Shown here piece after piece: positions 9,432 through 19,569 of a stretch of DNA of 52,578 nt. The notes under the pieces are model-generated. The model saw only the letters and a list, made by a program, of their open reading frames with translations. It searched no databases and had not been told where the DNA came from. Numbering within the stretch: the stretch's first letter is position 1; every line of letters begins with the position of its first letter. Made by a program: the position numbers and the translations under genes. This stretch comes from Candidatus Eiseniibacteriota bacterium. GTDB taxonomy: Bacteria > Arandabacterota > Arandabacteria > Arandabacterales > Arandabacteraceae. The stretch lies in assembly GCA_043810925.1 (NCBI GenBank), contig JBDRNT010000099.1:1-52578 (forward strand), given 5' to 3'.

Positions 9432-10094
9432 ATGACACAACGCCGGAAAGAGCCTAAGGAGGATGTCAAGAAACGGGCGAGGAAAATCATTGCGGCCTTG
9501 AGGAAGCGGTATCCGCAAGCGACGACAGCGCTTCACCACAGGACACCCTTTGAATTACTTGTAGCGACGGTGCTCTCAGCCCAGAGCACGGATAAGAAGG
9601 TCAACGAGATCACCGAGACACTCTTTCGTAAGTACCGGGGTCCTGACGATTTTGCGCAAGCCGGAATAGCAACGCTTGAGAAGGAGATAAAGCCCACGGG
9701 TTTCTTCAGGAACAAGACCAAGAGCATCATCGGGCTTTCGAAGGACATTGTCGGGAAACACGGAGGCAAGGTGCCCGACACCCTTGAGGCCCTGGTCGAG
9801 CTGAGAGGCGTGGGCAGAAAAACGGCCAATGTGGTGCTGGCAGGTGCATTCGGGCGACCCGGAATCATAGTTGACACTCACATGATAAGAATCGCAAACC
9901 GGTTGGGACTGACCGTGAATAAGGACCCCGTCAAGATAGAGTTCGATCTCATGGAAGTCCTTTCGAAGCGAGTCTGGGGGGAATTCTCCTTTATGATCGT
10001 GCTCCATGGCCGGGCGATCTGCAAGGCCAGAAAGCCTCTGTGTCACATCTGCAATATTGAGAGGCATTGCCCCGCGAGTACTCTGGGTTCTTAG
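9432..10094 (+). CDS. nth: Endonuclease III
   Basis: VLSAQSTD, HhH LRGVGRKTANVV, VDTH, C-terminal 4Fe-4S motif CKARKPLCHICNIERHC. Confidence 0.96.
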   Translation: MTQRRKEPKEDVKKRARKIIAALRKRYPQATTALHHRTPFELLVATVLSAQSTDKKVNEITETLFRKYRGPDDFAQAGIATLEKEIKPTGFFRNKTKSIIGLSKDIVGKHGGKVPDTLEALVELRGVGRKTANVVLAGAFGRPGIIVDTHMIRIANRLGLTVNKDPVKIEFDLMEVLSKRVWGEFSFMIVLHGRAICKARKPLCHICNIERHCPASTLGS

Positions 10095-10103
10095 GCAGGA
10101 AGT

Positions 10104-10433
10104 CTAAGGGCGCAGCCTATAGATCCGTCTTCTCGTTGAAACCAGGATCACGATGCCCGCTGTGACGAGAAGTACGACAAGCACCACGCTGTCCAGGCTG
10201 GCTGATTGGCTCTGTGTCGCGGCATCGATCTCTGCCAGCGCCTGGCGTTCGGCTCTTTCCTTCTTTTCCTGGTCAACCCGGCGCTGGTAATCGCTCTGCT
10301 GCATCAGCTGGGTCTTTTCGGGGGTGGATTGTGCAAGTTGGATCTCAGAGGCTACTGCCGTGCCTGTTATGATAACACAAGCAGCAATAATGAAAATCAA
10401 CAGTCGTCCGTTCATTGACCAAGCCACCCCCAT
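10104..10433 (-). CDS. Small exported hypothetical protein with C-terminal membrane anchor
   Basis: Signal-like N-terminus, coiled-coil middle, hydrophobic C-terminal helix and basic tail; start uncertain. Confidence 0.6.
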   Translation of the reverse strand: MGVAWSMNGRLLIFIIAACVIITGTAVASEIQLAQSTPEKTQLMQQSDYQRRVDQEKKERAERQALAEIDAATQSQSASLDSVVLVVLLVTAGIVILVSTRRRIYRLRP

Positions 10434-10520
10434 GCGACGGTTTTGATTCTATCAGACCTTGCACCGGTTTTCAAGGGATTTCCCATGACGGAACCGGAGC
10501 CAGAAAACTGCACCTGGGCG

Positions 10521-10610
10521 TCAGGTCTTGAAATGTAGCGTCGGGTCTCCGTGCCTGGCGTATGAAGAGCCGTCGGGGGCGGAACCCCGACGCTACATTT
10601 CAAGACCTGA
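10521..10610. repeat. GTAG-type REP pair (REPIN-like) with perfect 25-bp terminal inverted repeat
   Basis: tcaggtcttgaaatgtagcgtcggg (10521-10545) is the reverse complement of 10586-10610; each arm has GTAG followed by a GC-rich palindrome. Confidence 0.8.
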
Positions 10611-10712
10611 TAAGCATAAAGAGGCACCTCCGGAGCATTCCACGAGAGATAACTCTCAGTTTTGGCTATGCTCTGGGTATCAACCAAAGGAAGTGCCCCA
10701 GGGATTCTTGGA

Positions 10713-11972
10713 TCAGACTTGTTGGAGGAGGAGGTCGATCTCCTTTTCAAACATCGTTTCCATACCTTCGCCGTAACCGATGTGTTTGAAGATTATTCTC
10801 CCGCCGGCATCGATTATGAACGTTGTCGGGGTTGCGCTCACCCCGTAGTCCTTACCTGATACGTCCTTACCATCAAGCAGAACGGGCATGGTAACGGCCG
10901 TATCGTCTATCATTTTCTGGGTCAGTTCTTTTCTGTTTGAGGCATCAACGAGTATTACCTTCACGCCTTCACCTGAGTACTTCACGTACAGCGCCTCGAG
11001 TTGCGGTAACTCCGCAACACACGGGCCTCAAGTCGGGCTCAGGAAGTTGATGATGGACACCGCGCCACCGGCAGGCTCGAATGCATATGCATCACCCTGC
11101 AGTGTCGGCAGGTCGAAAGCCTCAGCCGGTCGTGCCGCAGCCATCCGCGCTTCCCAGAGCGACCGGTCGAATGCAGCGACCTCAACGGCCGAATAGCCGC
11201 GGGCCGCCATCAATGAGTCGACATTTGCTCTGGCGTATTCGTATTCTCCCCTAACGAGAATCCGCTTGAACGTATCGAAGGCCTTGTCGCCGTCTCCCGC
11301 TCCGAGCGAAGCATAGGCCAGGTGCTCGAGTATCTCATCGGAAGGCTCCTCAGCAAGGGCTACAGATGCTTCAAGATCGGTGACGGCTTCCTTGTACATT
11401 CCCTTCCGGTAGTAGACCCAACCCCGGCTGTCGGTATAGCTTGCGCTATCACTCCGGTTTTCGGCAAGTTCGATTGCTCTATCACACAAGGCCAGGGCAA
11501 TGTCCAGTTTCTCACCCCTGTCGGCAAGCCCGTAGCCTATCTCATTGTAGATCCATCCGACACCAACGGGTTTTTCAAGCAACTCCTTGCCGATGAGTGA
11601 GGCCGCCTCGACACTCGTTTCGAGTTCTACCCTGTAAAGGTAGTAATAAGCGATGGCCTTGCTTTCAGCATCATTCTCGGTTTCGATCACCTCTCTGGCG
11701 AAGTCGACGAACCTGGTGGTGTCCTTGACGGCCCTGAGGAGTTCCCTTGAGATCATCGAGTAGACCCTGGGCTTAAGCGAGCTCTCCGGGGACTCAGCTA
11801 TGAATCCTTCCAGCCCTGCGAGCTTGGTTTCGGAGTCCTCGATCTGCTCGATCTCGCTCAACCGCGCCATCTCGTCGGCTTCCTCAATGGGCACCACCCT
11901 GTTTCGGAGCAGGGCGCCCACGATGATAGCGATGACTATCACTGTAACAAGAATCCACAGTCCGGATTTCAT
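10713..11972 (-). CDS. TPR-repeat plus TlpA-like redoxin fusion, predicted selenoprotein (UGPC, Sec315), 419 aa
   Basis: Track ORFs 11028..11972 and 10713..10985 are in frame across TGA 11028-11030, reading INFLSPT-U-GPCVAELPQLEALY, the CxxC site of TlpA; SECIS-like hairpin follows. Confidence 0.9.
11000..11018 (-). promoter_or_regulatory. Bacterial SECIS-like hairpin
   Basis: GTTGCGG-AGTTA-CCGCAAC, perfect 7-bp stem, loop starts 17 nt after UGA, G in second loop position. Confidence 0.8.
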
Positions 11973-11975
11973 GTA

Positions 11976-13532
11976 TTACCCCCTGCGCTTCGTCTTTTCC
12001 GAGATGGACTTTGCCTGGCTGAAAAGGAGCATATAGTCTCTCCCGCCGGCCTTTGAATCGGTACCCGATAGATTGAATCCCCCGAACGGATGAACACCAA
12101 CCAGCGCGCCGGTACATTTCCTGTTGATATAGAGATTCCCGACATGGAAGATCTGCTTGGCCAGGTTTATCTTCTTGCGGTTCTTTGTGTAAACGGCACC
12201 GGTGAGCCCGTATTCCGTGTTGTTGGCAATCTCAAGGGCGTGATAGAAGTCCTTCGCTTTTATGACCGCGAGGACGGGACCGAAGATTTCCTCCTGGGAA
12301 ATCCTTGCCCTGGGATGCACATCCGCTATGACAGTCGGCCGGATGAAGAAGCCCTTGCGCGGTACTCTGCGGCCTCCTGCGACGAGATTGCCCTCACTTT
12401 TTCCAATCTTGATGTAGTTGAGAATATCTCTCATCGCGCCTTCGTTGATGACGGGTCCCATGTACTTCGTGGGGTCCTGGGTCGGTCCCACCTTGATCGC
12501 TTTGACAAGCGCGATAATCTTCTCGACAAATGCTTTGTAGACGTCCTTCACGACGATCGCCCTTGAGCATGCAGAGCACTTCTGGCCCTGGAAGCCGAAG
12601 GCGGATGCGACGACACCGGCAGCCGCTTCATCCAGGTCGGTCTCGCTATCAACGATGATCGAGTCCTTGCCACCCATCTCAAGTACGGCGCGTTTGATCC
12701 ATATCTGCCCCGGCTGGAGTTTGGCCGCGACCTCGTTGATTCGCAAGCCCACTTCTTTTGAGCCCGTGAAGGCAACGAAACGCGTTCGGGGATCCTGCAC
12801 AAGTACCTCTCCGGCAATGCTCCCCGGGCCGCTAAGGTAGTTGACTACACCGCCCGGCACACGGGCCTCCTCGAGGATTTCCATGAACTTATACCCGATT
12901 GCGGGTGAATCACTCGAAGGTTTAAGTACCACTGTGTTCCCCGCAACCAGTGCGGCCGATGTCATCCCCACCAGGATGGCAAGGGGAAAGTTCCAGGGCG
13001 GGATCACTGCGCCTACCCCGAGCGGTATGTAGGCGAGTTCGCTCTTCTCACCCGGGATTCTCGTTAGAGGCTGATCCTCACCATATCTTATCGCCTCACG
13101 ACCGTAGAACTCCAGAAAGTCGATAGCCTCGGCGACATCTCCGTCGGCTTCCGCCCAGGACTTGCCGACTTCAAAGACCATCCAGGCGGCAAGCTCGAAC
13201 TTGCGTTTACGCATGATCCCGGCCATCCTGAAGAGGTAGGACGCGCGCTTGGCTGGCCTTACGAACCTCCACTCACTGAAGACCTCGAAAGCATTCTCGA
13301 TAGCCTGGCGGGCAAGTTCCGCGTCAGCCTTCTGGAAGGTCCCGACCACCGTATCGGGTTCAGCCGGATTTATGGACTTGAATTCATCAGGTGCCTTCCA
13401 GCGTGTGCCTCCGATTATCAGGGGATACTTTCTGCCCAGCTCGTCCTCAACCCTGAGGAGGGCTTCTTCCATCATGGACCTGTTCCCGGGCTCGGAGAAA
13501 TCCGTAAGTGCCTCGTTCTTAAACCTCTTCAT
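11976..13532 (-). CDS. pruA: L-glutamate gamma-semialdehyde (P5C) dehydrogenase
   Basis: PPWNFP, FTGS, LEMGGKD, FGFQGQKCSACSR, EEIFGP, GNLYINRKCTGA, PFGGFNLSGTDSKAGG. Confidence 0.93.
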   Translation of the reverse strand: MKRFKNEALTDFSEPGNRSMMEEALLRVEDELGRKYPLIIGGTRWKAPDEFKSINPAEPDTVVGTFQKADAELARQAIENAFEVFSEWRFVRPAKRASYLFRMAGIMRKRKFELAAWMVFEVGKSWAEADGDVAEAIDFLEFYGREAIRYGEDQPLTRIPGEKSELAYIPLGVGAVIPPWNFPLAILVGMTSAALVAGNTVVLKPSSDSPAIGYKFMEILEEARVPGGVVNYLSGPGSIAGEVLVQDPRTRFVAFTGSKEVGLRINEVAAKLQPGQIWIKRAVLEMGGKDSIIVDSETDLDEAAAGVVASAFGFQGQKCSACSRAIVVKDVYKAFVEKIIALVKAIKVGPTQDPTKYMGPVINEGAMRDILNYIKIGKSEGNLVAGGRRVPRKGFFIRPTVIADVHPRARISQEEIFGPVLAVIKAKDFYHALEIANNTEYGLTGAVYTKNRKKINLAKQIFHVGNLYINRKCTGALVGVHPFGGFNLSGTDSKAGGRDYMLLFSQAKSISEKTKRRG

Positions 13533-13555
13533 CTCACTCTCCTTGACCTGCCATG

Positions 13556-14746
13556 CTATTTGATCACGCCGTGCTTCTTCCCGACCTTGACAAAAGCCTC
13601 GATTGCCTTGTCCAGATGCGCCTTGGTATGTGCCGCGGAGACCTGCACTCTTATTCTCGCCTGTCCCTTGGGAACGACGGGATAGCTGAAACCGATGACG
13701 TATATGCCCTCGGTAAGAAGATCCTTTGCCATGTCATGTGCAAGTTTGGCGTCACCGAGCATTATGGGTACAATGGGGTGAAGGCCCGGCTTGATGTCAA
13801 AGCCCTTCGCAGTCATCTGCTCCCTGAAGTACTTCGTATTCTCCTCGAGTGTGTCCCGGAGCTCGGTGGTCTCCCCCAGCATTCTGAAGGTCGCCAGTGC
13901 CGCGCAGGTGATCGGCGGGGGCACGGTGTTGGAGAAGAGATAGGGACGCGATCGCTGGCGGAGTGTGTCTATTATCTCCTGTCTGCCGGTCGTGAATCCA
14001 CCTGACGCGCCGCCTAAGGCCTTCCCCAGCGTGCTTGTTATTACATCGACCCTTCCCATCACACCGCGGAATTCGGGAGTGCCGCGGCCGGTCTTACCGA
14101 AGAACCCGGTTGAGTGGGCGTCGTCGATCATAACGAGCGCATCGTACTTGTCTGCAAGATCACAGATCTCATCCAGCTTGGCCACGTCGCCGTCCATCGA
14201 GAAGACACCGTCCGTTGCGACCATTCGTATTCTGGCGCTCTTCGATTCCTTGAGCTTCTCCTCGAGGTCGGCCATGTCGGCATGCTTATAGATCTTGCGT
14301 TCCGCCTTGCAGAGCCTGATCCCGTCGATGATGCTCGCATGATTGAGGGCGTCGGTTATGATGATACAATCCTTATCCAGCAGCGTCTCGAAGAGCCCGC
14401 CGTTGGCATCGAAGCACGATGAGTAGAGAATCGTATCATCCGTACCCATGAAGTCGGCGATTTCCCTTTCGAGTTCCTTGTGTATGTTCTGCGTGCCGCA
14501 GATGAACCTTACCGATGACATGCCGTAGCCGTATTTCTCCAGGCCCTCTTTGGCAGCCGCGACGACTTTAGGATGGTTGGCCAGGCCGAGGTAGTTATTC
14601 GCGCAGAAGTTGATCACCTCACCCTGCTTAACCCTGATCTCTGCTCCCTGCGGGGTGAGTATCACCCACTCGTTCTTGAAGAGTCCGGCTTCCTTTATCT
14701 CGGCGAGCTGCGTCGTGAGTCCCTTCTTTACACTTGCTCCGAACAT
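13556..14746 (-). CDS. kbl: Glycine C-acetyltransferase (2-amino-3-ketobutyrate CoA ligase)
   Basis: [57 protein letters not shown] 14746 with SD AAGGAGG. Confidence 0.96.
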   Translation of the reverse strand: MFGASVKKGLTTQLAEIKEAGLFKNEWVILTPQGAEIRVKQGEVINFCANNYLGLANHPKVVAAAKEGLEKYGYGMSSVRFICGTQNIHKELEREIADFMGTDDTILYSSCFDANGGLFETLLDKDCIIITDALNHASIIDGIRLCKAERKIYKHADMADLEEKLKESKSARIRMVATDGVFSMDGDVAKLDEICDLADKYDALVMIDDAHSTGFFGKTGRGTPEFRGVMGRVDVITSTLGKALGGASGGFTTGRQEIIDTLRQRSRPYLFSNTVPPPITCAALATFRMLGETTELRDTLEENTKYFREQMTAKGFDIKPGLHPIVPIMLGDAKLAHDMAKDLLTEGIYVIGFSYPVVPKGQARIRVQVSAAHTKAHLDKAIEAFVKVGKKHGVIK

Positions 14747-14834
14747 GTGACAGTCCTCCTTTTCCATTTGAATTGATGGTCTTGTCGACAGCCCTGAACT
14801 GCGACCTGCCGGTCGATTCAAGGCCCGCCAGAGG

Positions 14835-14862
14835 ATTATAGCGGAATCGCGGTGGTCTTCAA
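14835..14862 (-). promoter_or_regulatory. Sigma-70 promoter of the kbl-pruA-selenoprotein operon
   Basis: TTGAAG-N16-TATAAT on the minus strand. Confidence 0.6.
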
Positions 14863-14886
14863 GTGCTTTCTCAATCAGGAAAAAGG

Positions 14887-17088
14887 TCAGGAGAGTCGCT
14901 TCCTGATCCTGCGGAGTCTGAGAGAGTTACTGACCACATTGATCGAGCTCAGGGCCATAGCCGCTTCGGCTATGATCGGGTGGAGGAGTCCGATCCCTGC
15001 GACCGGGATAGCGATTACGTTGTAGAAGAAGGCCCAGAAGAGGTTCTGTCTTATCTTTGAGAAGATCGCTCGCGAGAGACTTACCGCCCTGACGACCCCA
15101 AAGAGGCTCCCGCCTGCTAGCGTGACATCGGAGGATTCGATCGCGATATCGGTTCCGGTGCCTATGGCGATACCGACATCCGCCTCGGCGAGGGCAGGCG
15201 CATCGTTTATGCCGTCACCTACCATCGCGACCTTGCCGTACTTCTGTCTTATCCGTCTGATCTCGTGCGCTTTTTCAGTGGGAAGCACATTCGGGATAAC
15301 GACATCGATACCGCAAGCGCGCCCGACAGCCTCGGCCGTCACCCTGTTATCCCCCGTTATCATCACAATCTCAAGTCCCATGTCCTTAAGTGCCGCTATG
15401 GCATCGGCCGTATCGGGTTTGAGAGTATCCGCCACTCCGATCAGACCCATGATGTTGCCATCCTCGGCAACTGCCGCCACAGTCTGTCCCCCGGCCTCGA
15501 GGTCCTCAGCCATCCGGGAATGGTCGCCTGTGTCTATTCCTTCCTGCTTAAGAAATGGCATCTTCCCCAGTACAACGCGCCGGCCCGCGATGGTTGCCGT
15601 AAGACCCAGCCCGGGTTGTGCTGCGAAATCCTCCGGAGGTGTTATGGTTAGACCCATCGCCCGGGCTTTATCCAGGATCGCCCGGCCGATCGGGTGCTCG
15701 GAAGCGTATTCTATCGATGCCGCCAGAGCCAGCACGCGCGCTTCGTCAGTGCCCGCGGCGGGGGAGACGCTTACAACTTCGGGTTTGCCGACTGTAAGGG
15801 TGCCGGTCTTATCGAGTGCCACAACCTTTATATCTTTCATCACCTGCACGGCATCGGCGGTCCTCAGCAGGATTCCCAGTTCGGCACCGACACCGCCTCC
15901 GACCATTATGGCCGTCGGCGTTGCGAGCCCTAGGGCGCACGGGCATGAAATAACCAGCACGGCAACCGCGGCGAAGATAGCCAGCGTGAGTCTTGAGGCC
16001 TCAGCATCCACCCACGGAAGATCAGGCATACCCGGGACCAGAAGCCACACCAGGAATACGGCGGCGGCGATCGCAAGTACGGTCGGAACGAATATCGCGG
16101 TGATTCTGTCCGCGAGCTTCTGAACCGGGACACGCTGTTCCTGAAACTGAAGTACGGCTTCGGCTACCTGTGACAGGAATGTTTCCGAGCCAACCTTGGT
16201 TGCTCTCACGGTCACGGCGCCCGTCTGGTTGATCGTGGCGCCGATCACCTCGTCACCCTCCGCCTTCTCCACGGGCATGGATTCTCCTGTTGCAAGTGAC
16301 TCATCCACGCTCGTGCGGCCTGATTCGACAACGCCGTCGGTTGGTATCTTCTCACCCGGTCGTATCGCAAACACGTCGCCAACCTTAAGATCACCCGCAG
16401 GTATTTCCTTTTCGCCTTCGGGTGTGACGATACGCGCCGTCTTGGCCGCCAGTTTGAGCAGTTTTTGCACGGCGCCGGAAGCCCGGCCTCTGGCCTTGGA
16501 TTCGATGTGGCGTCCGGTCAGGTGGATCGCCATTATCATTGCCGCAACGGCCGCGTATGAGTCGACCCTTGAACCGGAGAGTTTCATAACACCTGTCGAG
16601 AGCGACGCAAGAGTTCCAAGGGCAATCAAAACGTCCATGTTGGGATAGCCCTTGCTGGCGCTCCGCCATGCGCTTACGTAAACGCTCCGGCCGGCATAGA
16701 AGAGAACCGGCAGGGCGAAGGCCATCATCAGGGTATCGGGCAGGACCCCGTGCCAGATACCGGTCATATGAAGGACCATGATGACAATGGTGGGGACTGC
16801 AAAGAACCACGCCTGGATCATCCGCGTCCTGGCAGTGCCGGCTTCGGACCCGGCGCCCGCGGCCACGGTGTCTCCGGTTTCAAATGCCTCGTAACCGGCC
16901 GACTTGACGGCCTGCGTCATAATCTCAGGTGTGGTCAGGGTGGAGTCGTAGGTAACGCTTGCCGTCGAACTGGCGAGATTGACAGAGACTTCCCCGATAC
17001 CGGCGACCTTGCCCAGGGCAACCTCAACATTGTGGGCACACGCCGCACACCTCAGTCCCCTGAGTCCAAGCCTGATCCTTTTGTCCAT
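14887..17088 (-). CDS. copA: Cu(+)-translocating P1B-type ATPase
   Basis: N-terminal [38 protein letters not shown] and MALSS (P1B-1 signature). Confidence 0.93.
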   Translation of the reverse strand: MDKRIRLGLRGLRCAACAHNVEVALGKVAGIGEVSVNLASSTASVTYDSTLTTPEIMTQAVKSAGYEAFETGDTVAAGAGSEAGTARTRMIQAWFFAVPTIVIMVLHMTGIWHGVLPDTLMMAFALPVLFYAGRSVYVSAWRSASKGYPNMDVLIALGTLASLSTGVMKLSGSRVDSYAAVAAMIMAIHLTGRHIESKARGRASGAVQKLLKLAAKTARIVTPEGEKEIPAGDLKVGDVFAIRPGEKIPTDGVVESGRTSVDESLATGESMPVEKAEGDEVIGATINQTGAVTVRATKVGSETFLSQVAEAVLQFQEQRVPVQKLADRITAIFVPTVLAIAAAVFLVWLLVPGMPDLPWVDAEASRLTLAIFAAVAVLVISCPCALGLATPTAIMVGGGVGAELGILLRTADAVQVMKDIKVVALDKTGTLTVGKPEVVSVSPAAGTDEARVLALAASIEYASEHPIGRAILDKARAMGLTITPPEDFAAQPGLGLTATIAGRRVVLGKMPFLKQEGIDTGDHSRMAEDLEAGGQTVAAVAEDGNIMGLIGVADTLKPDTADAIAALKDMGLEIVMITGDNRVTAEAVGRACGIDVVIPNVLPTEKAHEIRRIRQKYGKVAMVGDGINDAPALAEADVGIAIGTGTDIAIESSDVTLAGGSLFGVVRAVSLSRAIFSKIRQNLFWAFFYNVIAIPVAGIGLLHPIIAEAAMALSSINVVSNSLRLRRIRKRLS

Positions 17089-17148
17089 ATCCTTAGGATG
17101 CAGAGTTTGCCGGGTGCGGTGCGAGCTCTCGACGTGAAGCCAGCCACA

Positions 17149-17373
17149 CTACTGATGGGTCTTGATACGCTCGACGATATCAGGCATGGGAATGAAATCC
17201 CCTGCTGCGAGCTTTGAGAAGACTACCTCGCCGTCCACAGCGACATCGAAGACCCCGTGATCGCCCTCGACAAGCTCCGCCTTCACTCCAAGACTATCTT
17301 CCACGGCGGCCGCCAGCCTGGCGGCCCGGGTATAGTAGTCTCAAGGTACACAGTATGTGATCGTGATCCTCAT
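17149..17373 (-). CDS. Rdx/SelW-like selenoprotein (CxxU), 74 aa
   Basis: Absent from the ORF track. Manual translation: MRITITYCVP-U-DYYTRAARLAAAVEDSLGVKAELVEGDHGVFDVAVDGEVVFSKLAAGDFIPMPDIVERIKTHQ; YCxxU and GxFDVxVDG..VFSK are Rdx family hallmarks; TGA at 17341-17343. Confidence 0.93.
17308..17326 (-). promoter_or_regulatory. Bacterial SECIS-like hairpin
   Basis: GGCCGCC-AGGCT-GGCGGCC, perfect 7-bp stem, loop starts 22 nt after UGA. Confidence 0.8.
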
Positions 17374-17405
17374 CAGATTCTCAGGCGATTGCTCTTTGCC
17401 GTCCT

Positions 17406-17831
17406 CTATGCCTGTTCGAGAATGCCGGCCGCCTTTGCAGCGTCTTCGGCAGTATCCAGGCCAAACAAGGCGACAAACCTCGCGCCACTCACGGACGCCG
17501 AGCAGCCTCTCACGGCGATCCCGGCCCCCCCGAGTTTTTCCGAAAGTGCGGCCACGATGCCACGTTTGTTCGGACCTTCGACACGCACGGAGTAGACACT
17601 GTCTGTTGTGTTGAACCCCAACTGTGCGGCTGCCGCGATCTCCACATCGCCACGCAGCGGAGTGACAAATACGACCCCTTTGCCGGGCTTGTCCGGTGCC
17701 CGCCGGGCAATTATGAAGTCGAGATCCGCACCGGCTTCACGCAGGCCTATGAGTAAGTTCGCCAGACTACCGGCTTTGTCCCTGATGGGTGCAGCCCACA
17801 CATCGACACGTTCGACAATCAAGTCTGCCAT
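17406..17831 (-). CDS. Tandem ACT-domain protein
   Basis: IRDKAGSLANLL...AGADL and VEGPNKRGIVAALSEKLGGAGI ACT signatures; SD AAGGAGG. Confidence 0.85.
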   Translation of the reverse strand: MADLIVERVDVWAAPIRDKAGSLANLLIGLREAGADLDFIIARRAPDKPGKGVVFVTPLRGDVEIAAAAQLGFNTTDSVYSVRVEGPNKRGIVAALSEKLGGAGIAVRGCSASVSGARFVALFGLDTAEDAAKAAGILEQA

Positions 17832-17870
17832 GCTGGCCTCCTTCTGGTGCTAATGCCCGTGACTGTACTG

Positions 17871-17899
17871 ATTGTCTCACCGGCACTGCTTAATGTCAA
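17871..17899 (-). promoter_or_regulatory. Sigma-70 promoter of the ACT-Rdx-copA unit
   Basis: TTGACA-N17-GACAAT on the minus strand. Confidence 0.55.
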
Positions 17900-18022
17900 G
17901 CGCCACAAGCCGGACGGGCGTCCGGACAATCATGATCCAGTTGACAACCTGCTGAAACTGCGCTAATTGGTCGCTGTGACGCGATGGATTGCTGAGGAAC
18001 ACGGTGCCGGAGGGTAGTAGTC

Positions 18023-18412
18023 TTGAACACACGTGTACCCGGACTGCTGACCACGATCGGCGGAGCACTGATCGTCGCCAGTGGGATAGTCAGTCTTGCC
18101 GTCGCACTGACCTTTGGGGCGGTGCTCTATGAAGTGGATCCAAATGGTCTGTTCGGGCATGTGGGTATCGTTGCGGGTATAGCAGCGATGGCGATCGGGA
18201 CGTTCCTGTTCTGGTTCGGCCGCCTTGAGCGCACTACACCGGGACACCTTGTTCTTGCCGGTCTCGCAACCATCGTCCTCGGACATCTGGGTGCGATTAC
18301 TGGAGCGCTGTTTGTGGGGACGGCCGGAGTCCTGTGCTGCTATGTAGGCGGGATCTGGTTTCTCGTTCTGGCCGTCAAGGCCTGGAGACACCGGGACCGG
18401 AGGTCCGGTTAG
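18023..18412 (+). CDS. Hypothetical four-TM membrane protein
   Basis: Four Gly/Ala-rich hydrophobic segments; GGAGG upstream of the TTG start. Confidence 0.7.
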   Translation: MNTRVPGLLTTIGGALIVASGIVSLAVALTFGAVLYEVDPNGLFGHVGIVAGIAAMAIGTFLFWFGRLERTTPGHLVLAGLATIVLGHLGAITGALFVGTAGVLCCYVGGIWFLVLAVKAWRHRDRRSG

Positions 18413-18601
18413 CGGGTAGCGCCATTGAGCTCCCCGTAAGTGAGCCTGTCGCGGGAACCCGGCATGAGCGGATCGCCCCTCCGGCAGAGTTGCGCGGGTA
18501 CGGCCCCACAGAGCTTGATTAGGACTCCCAACAGTATAAGATGTAGTCAATGTGAAGAAACCCTCGGTGTTGACACAGGACGAGATGTCGGAGATGACAG
18601 T

Positions 18602-19492
18602 ATGAAAATCAGGATGCGTCGTTACCGCCATGAAGATGACTACGAGCGGGTTGGGCAGTTCCTGGTCAGGACCTATCAGGCCACCGGTAACCACATCAAT
18701 TGGCTTCAGCCCCGCTGGGAGTACATGCACTATCATCCCCTTATACGGGACGTCGACCTTGGCCCGATCGGCATCTGGGAAGCGGAGGATGAGATCGTCG
18801 GGGTCGTTCATCCGGAGCACCGCATGGGGACGGTTTACCTGGAGGTCGATCCGGCCCATGCGATGCTAAAGGGGGAGATGGTTGAGTATGCCGGGAAGCA
18901 ACTGGCCGTCGTGTCCGAAGGAGTCAGAGCCTTGAGGATCTTCGTCGACGACTCGGACAGTGAGTTCCAGCAACTGGCCGCGGGGATGGGCTATGAGAAG
19001 ACCGCTGGCAGCGAGGAGATGACGCGGTTGACTGTACCGGATCCGTTCCCCGAGATTACCCTGCCGAAGGGTTTTCACCTTAAGAGCCTCGCAGATGACA
19101 ACGATCTGTGGAAAGTGCACACCGTGCTCTGGCGTGGCTTTGATCACGGAGACGACCCACCCGATGAGGAACTGGACGACCGGAGGTTCATGCAGTCCGC
19201 CCCCAATTTCAGGAAGGACCTTAACATAGTGGTTGAAGCCCCCGACGGCAGGTTCGCTGCGTATTGCGGTATGTGGTATGAGCCCGTACACCGGGTCGCG
19301 TATGTGGAACCAGTGGCCACTGATCCCGACTTCCGGCGCATGGGACTGGGCAAAGCGGCTGTCATGGAAGGTGTGCGGCGATGCGGTGCTGAAGGTGCAA
19401 CCGTCGCCTACGTTGGAATGGCCCTGCCGATCTATCTTTCAATCGGCTTTAAGCGGATGTACAAGCAGTCGATGTGGCAGCGAAAGTGGTGA
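18602..19492 (+). CDS. GNAT family N-acetyltransferase (tandem GNAT)
   Basis: YVEPVATDPDFRRMGLGKA acetyl-CoA motif; start likely ATG 18602 (MKIRMRRY). Confidence 0.88.
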   Translation: MKIRMRRYRHEDDYERVGQFLVRTYQATGNHINWLQPRWEYMHYHPLIRDVDLGPIGIWEAEDEIVGVVHPEHRMGTVYLEVDPAHAMLKGEMVEYAGKQLAVVSEGVRALRIFVDDSDSEFQQLAAGMGYEKTAGSEEMTRLTVPDPFPEITLPKGFHLKSLADDNDLWKVHTVLWRGFDHGDDPPDEELDDRRFMQSAPNFRKDLNIVVEAPDGRFAAYCGMWYEPVHRVAYVEPVATDPDFRRMGLGKAAVMEGVRRCGAEGATVAYVGMALPIYLSIGFKRMYKQSMWQRKW

Positions 19493-19569
19493 TTGCGAGT
19501 TGACAACTTGTAGATCCTGCGGTTACCAGGTGTAGCAGTCAGACCACTGCAAGCGAAGGAGGAGCGAGA

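Noticed and set aside
10104-10433. Rhombosortase (GlyGly-CTERM) substrate near the rhomboid gene
   Set aside because: It has a TM helix and basic tail but no Gly-Gly motif, and the rhomboid is not evidently a rhombosortase.
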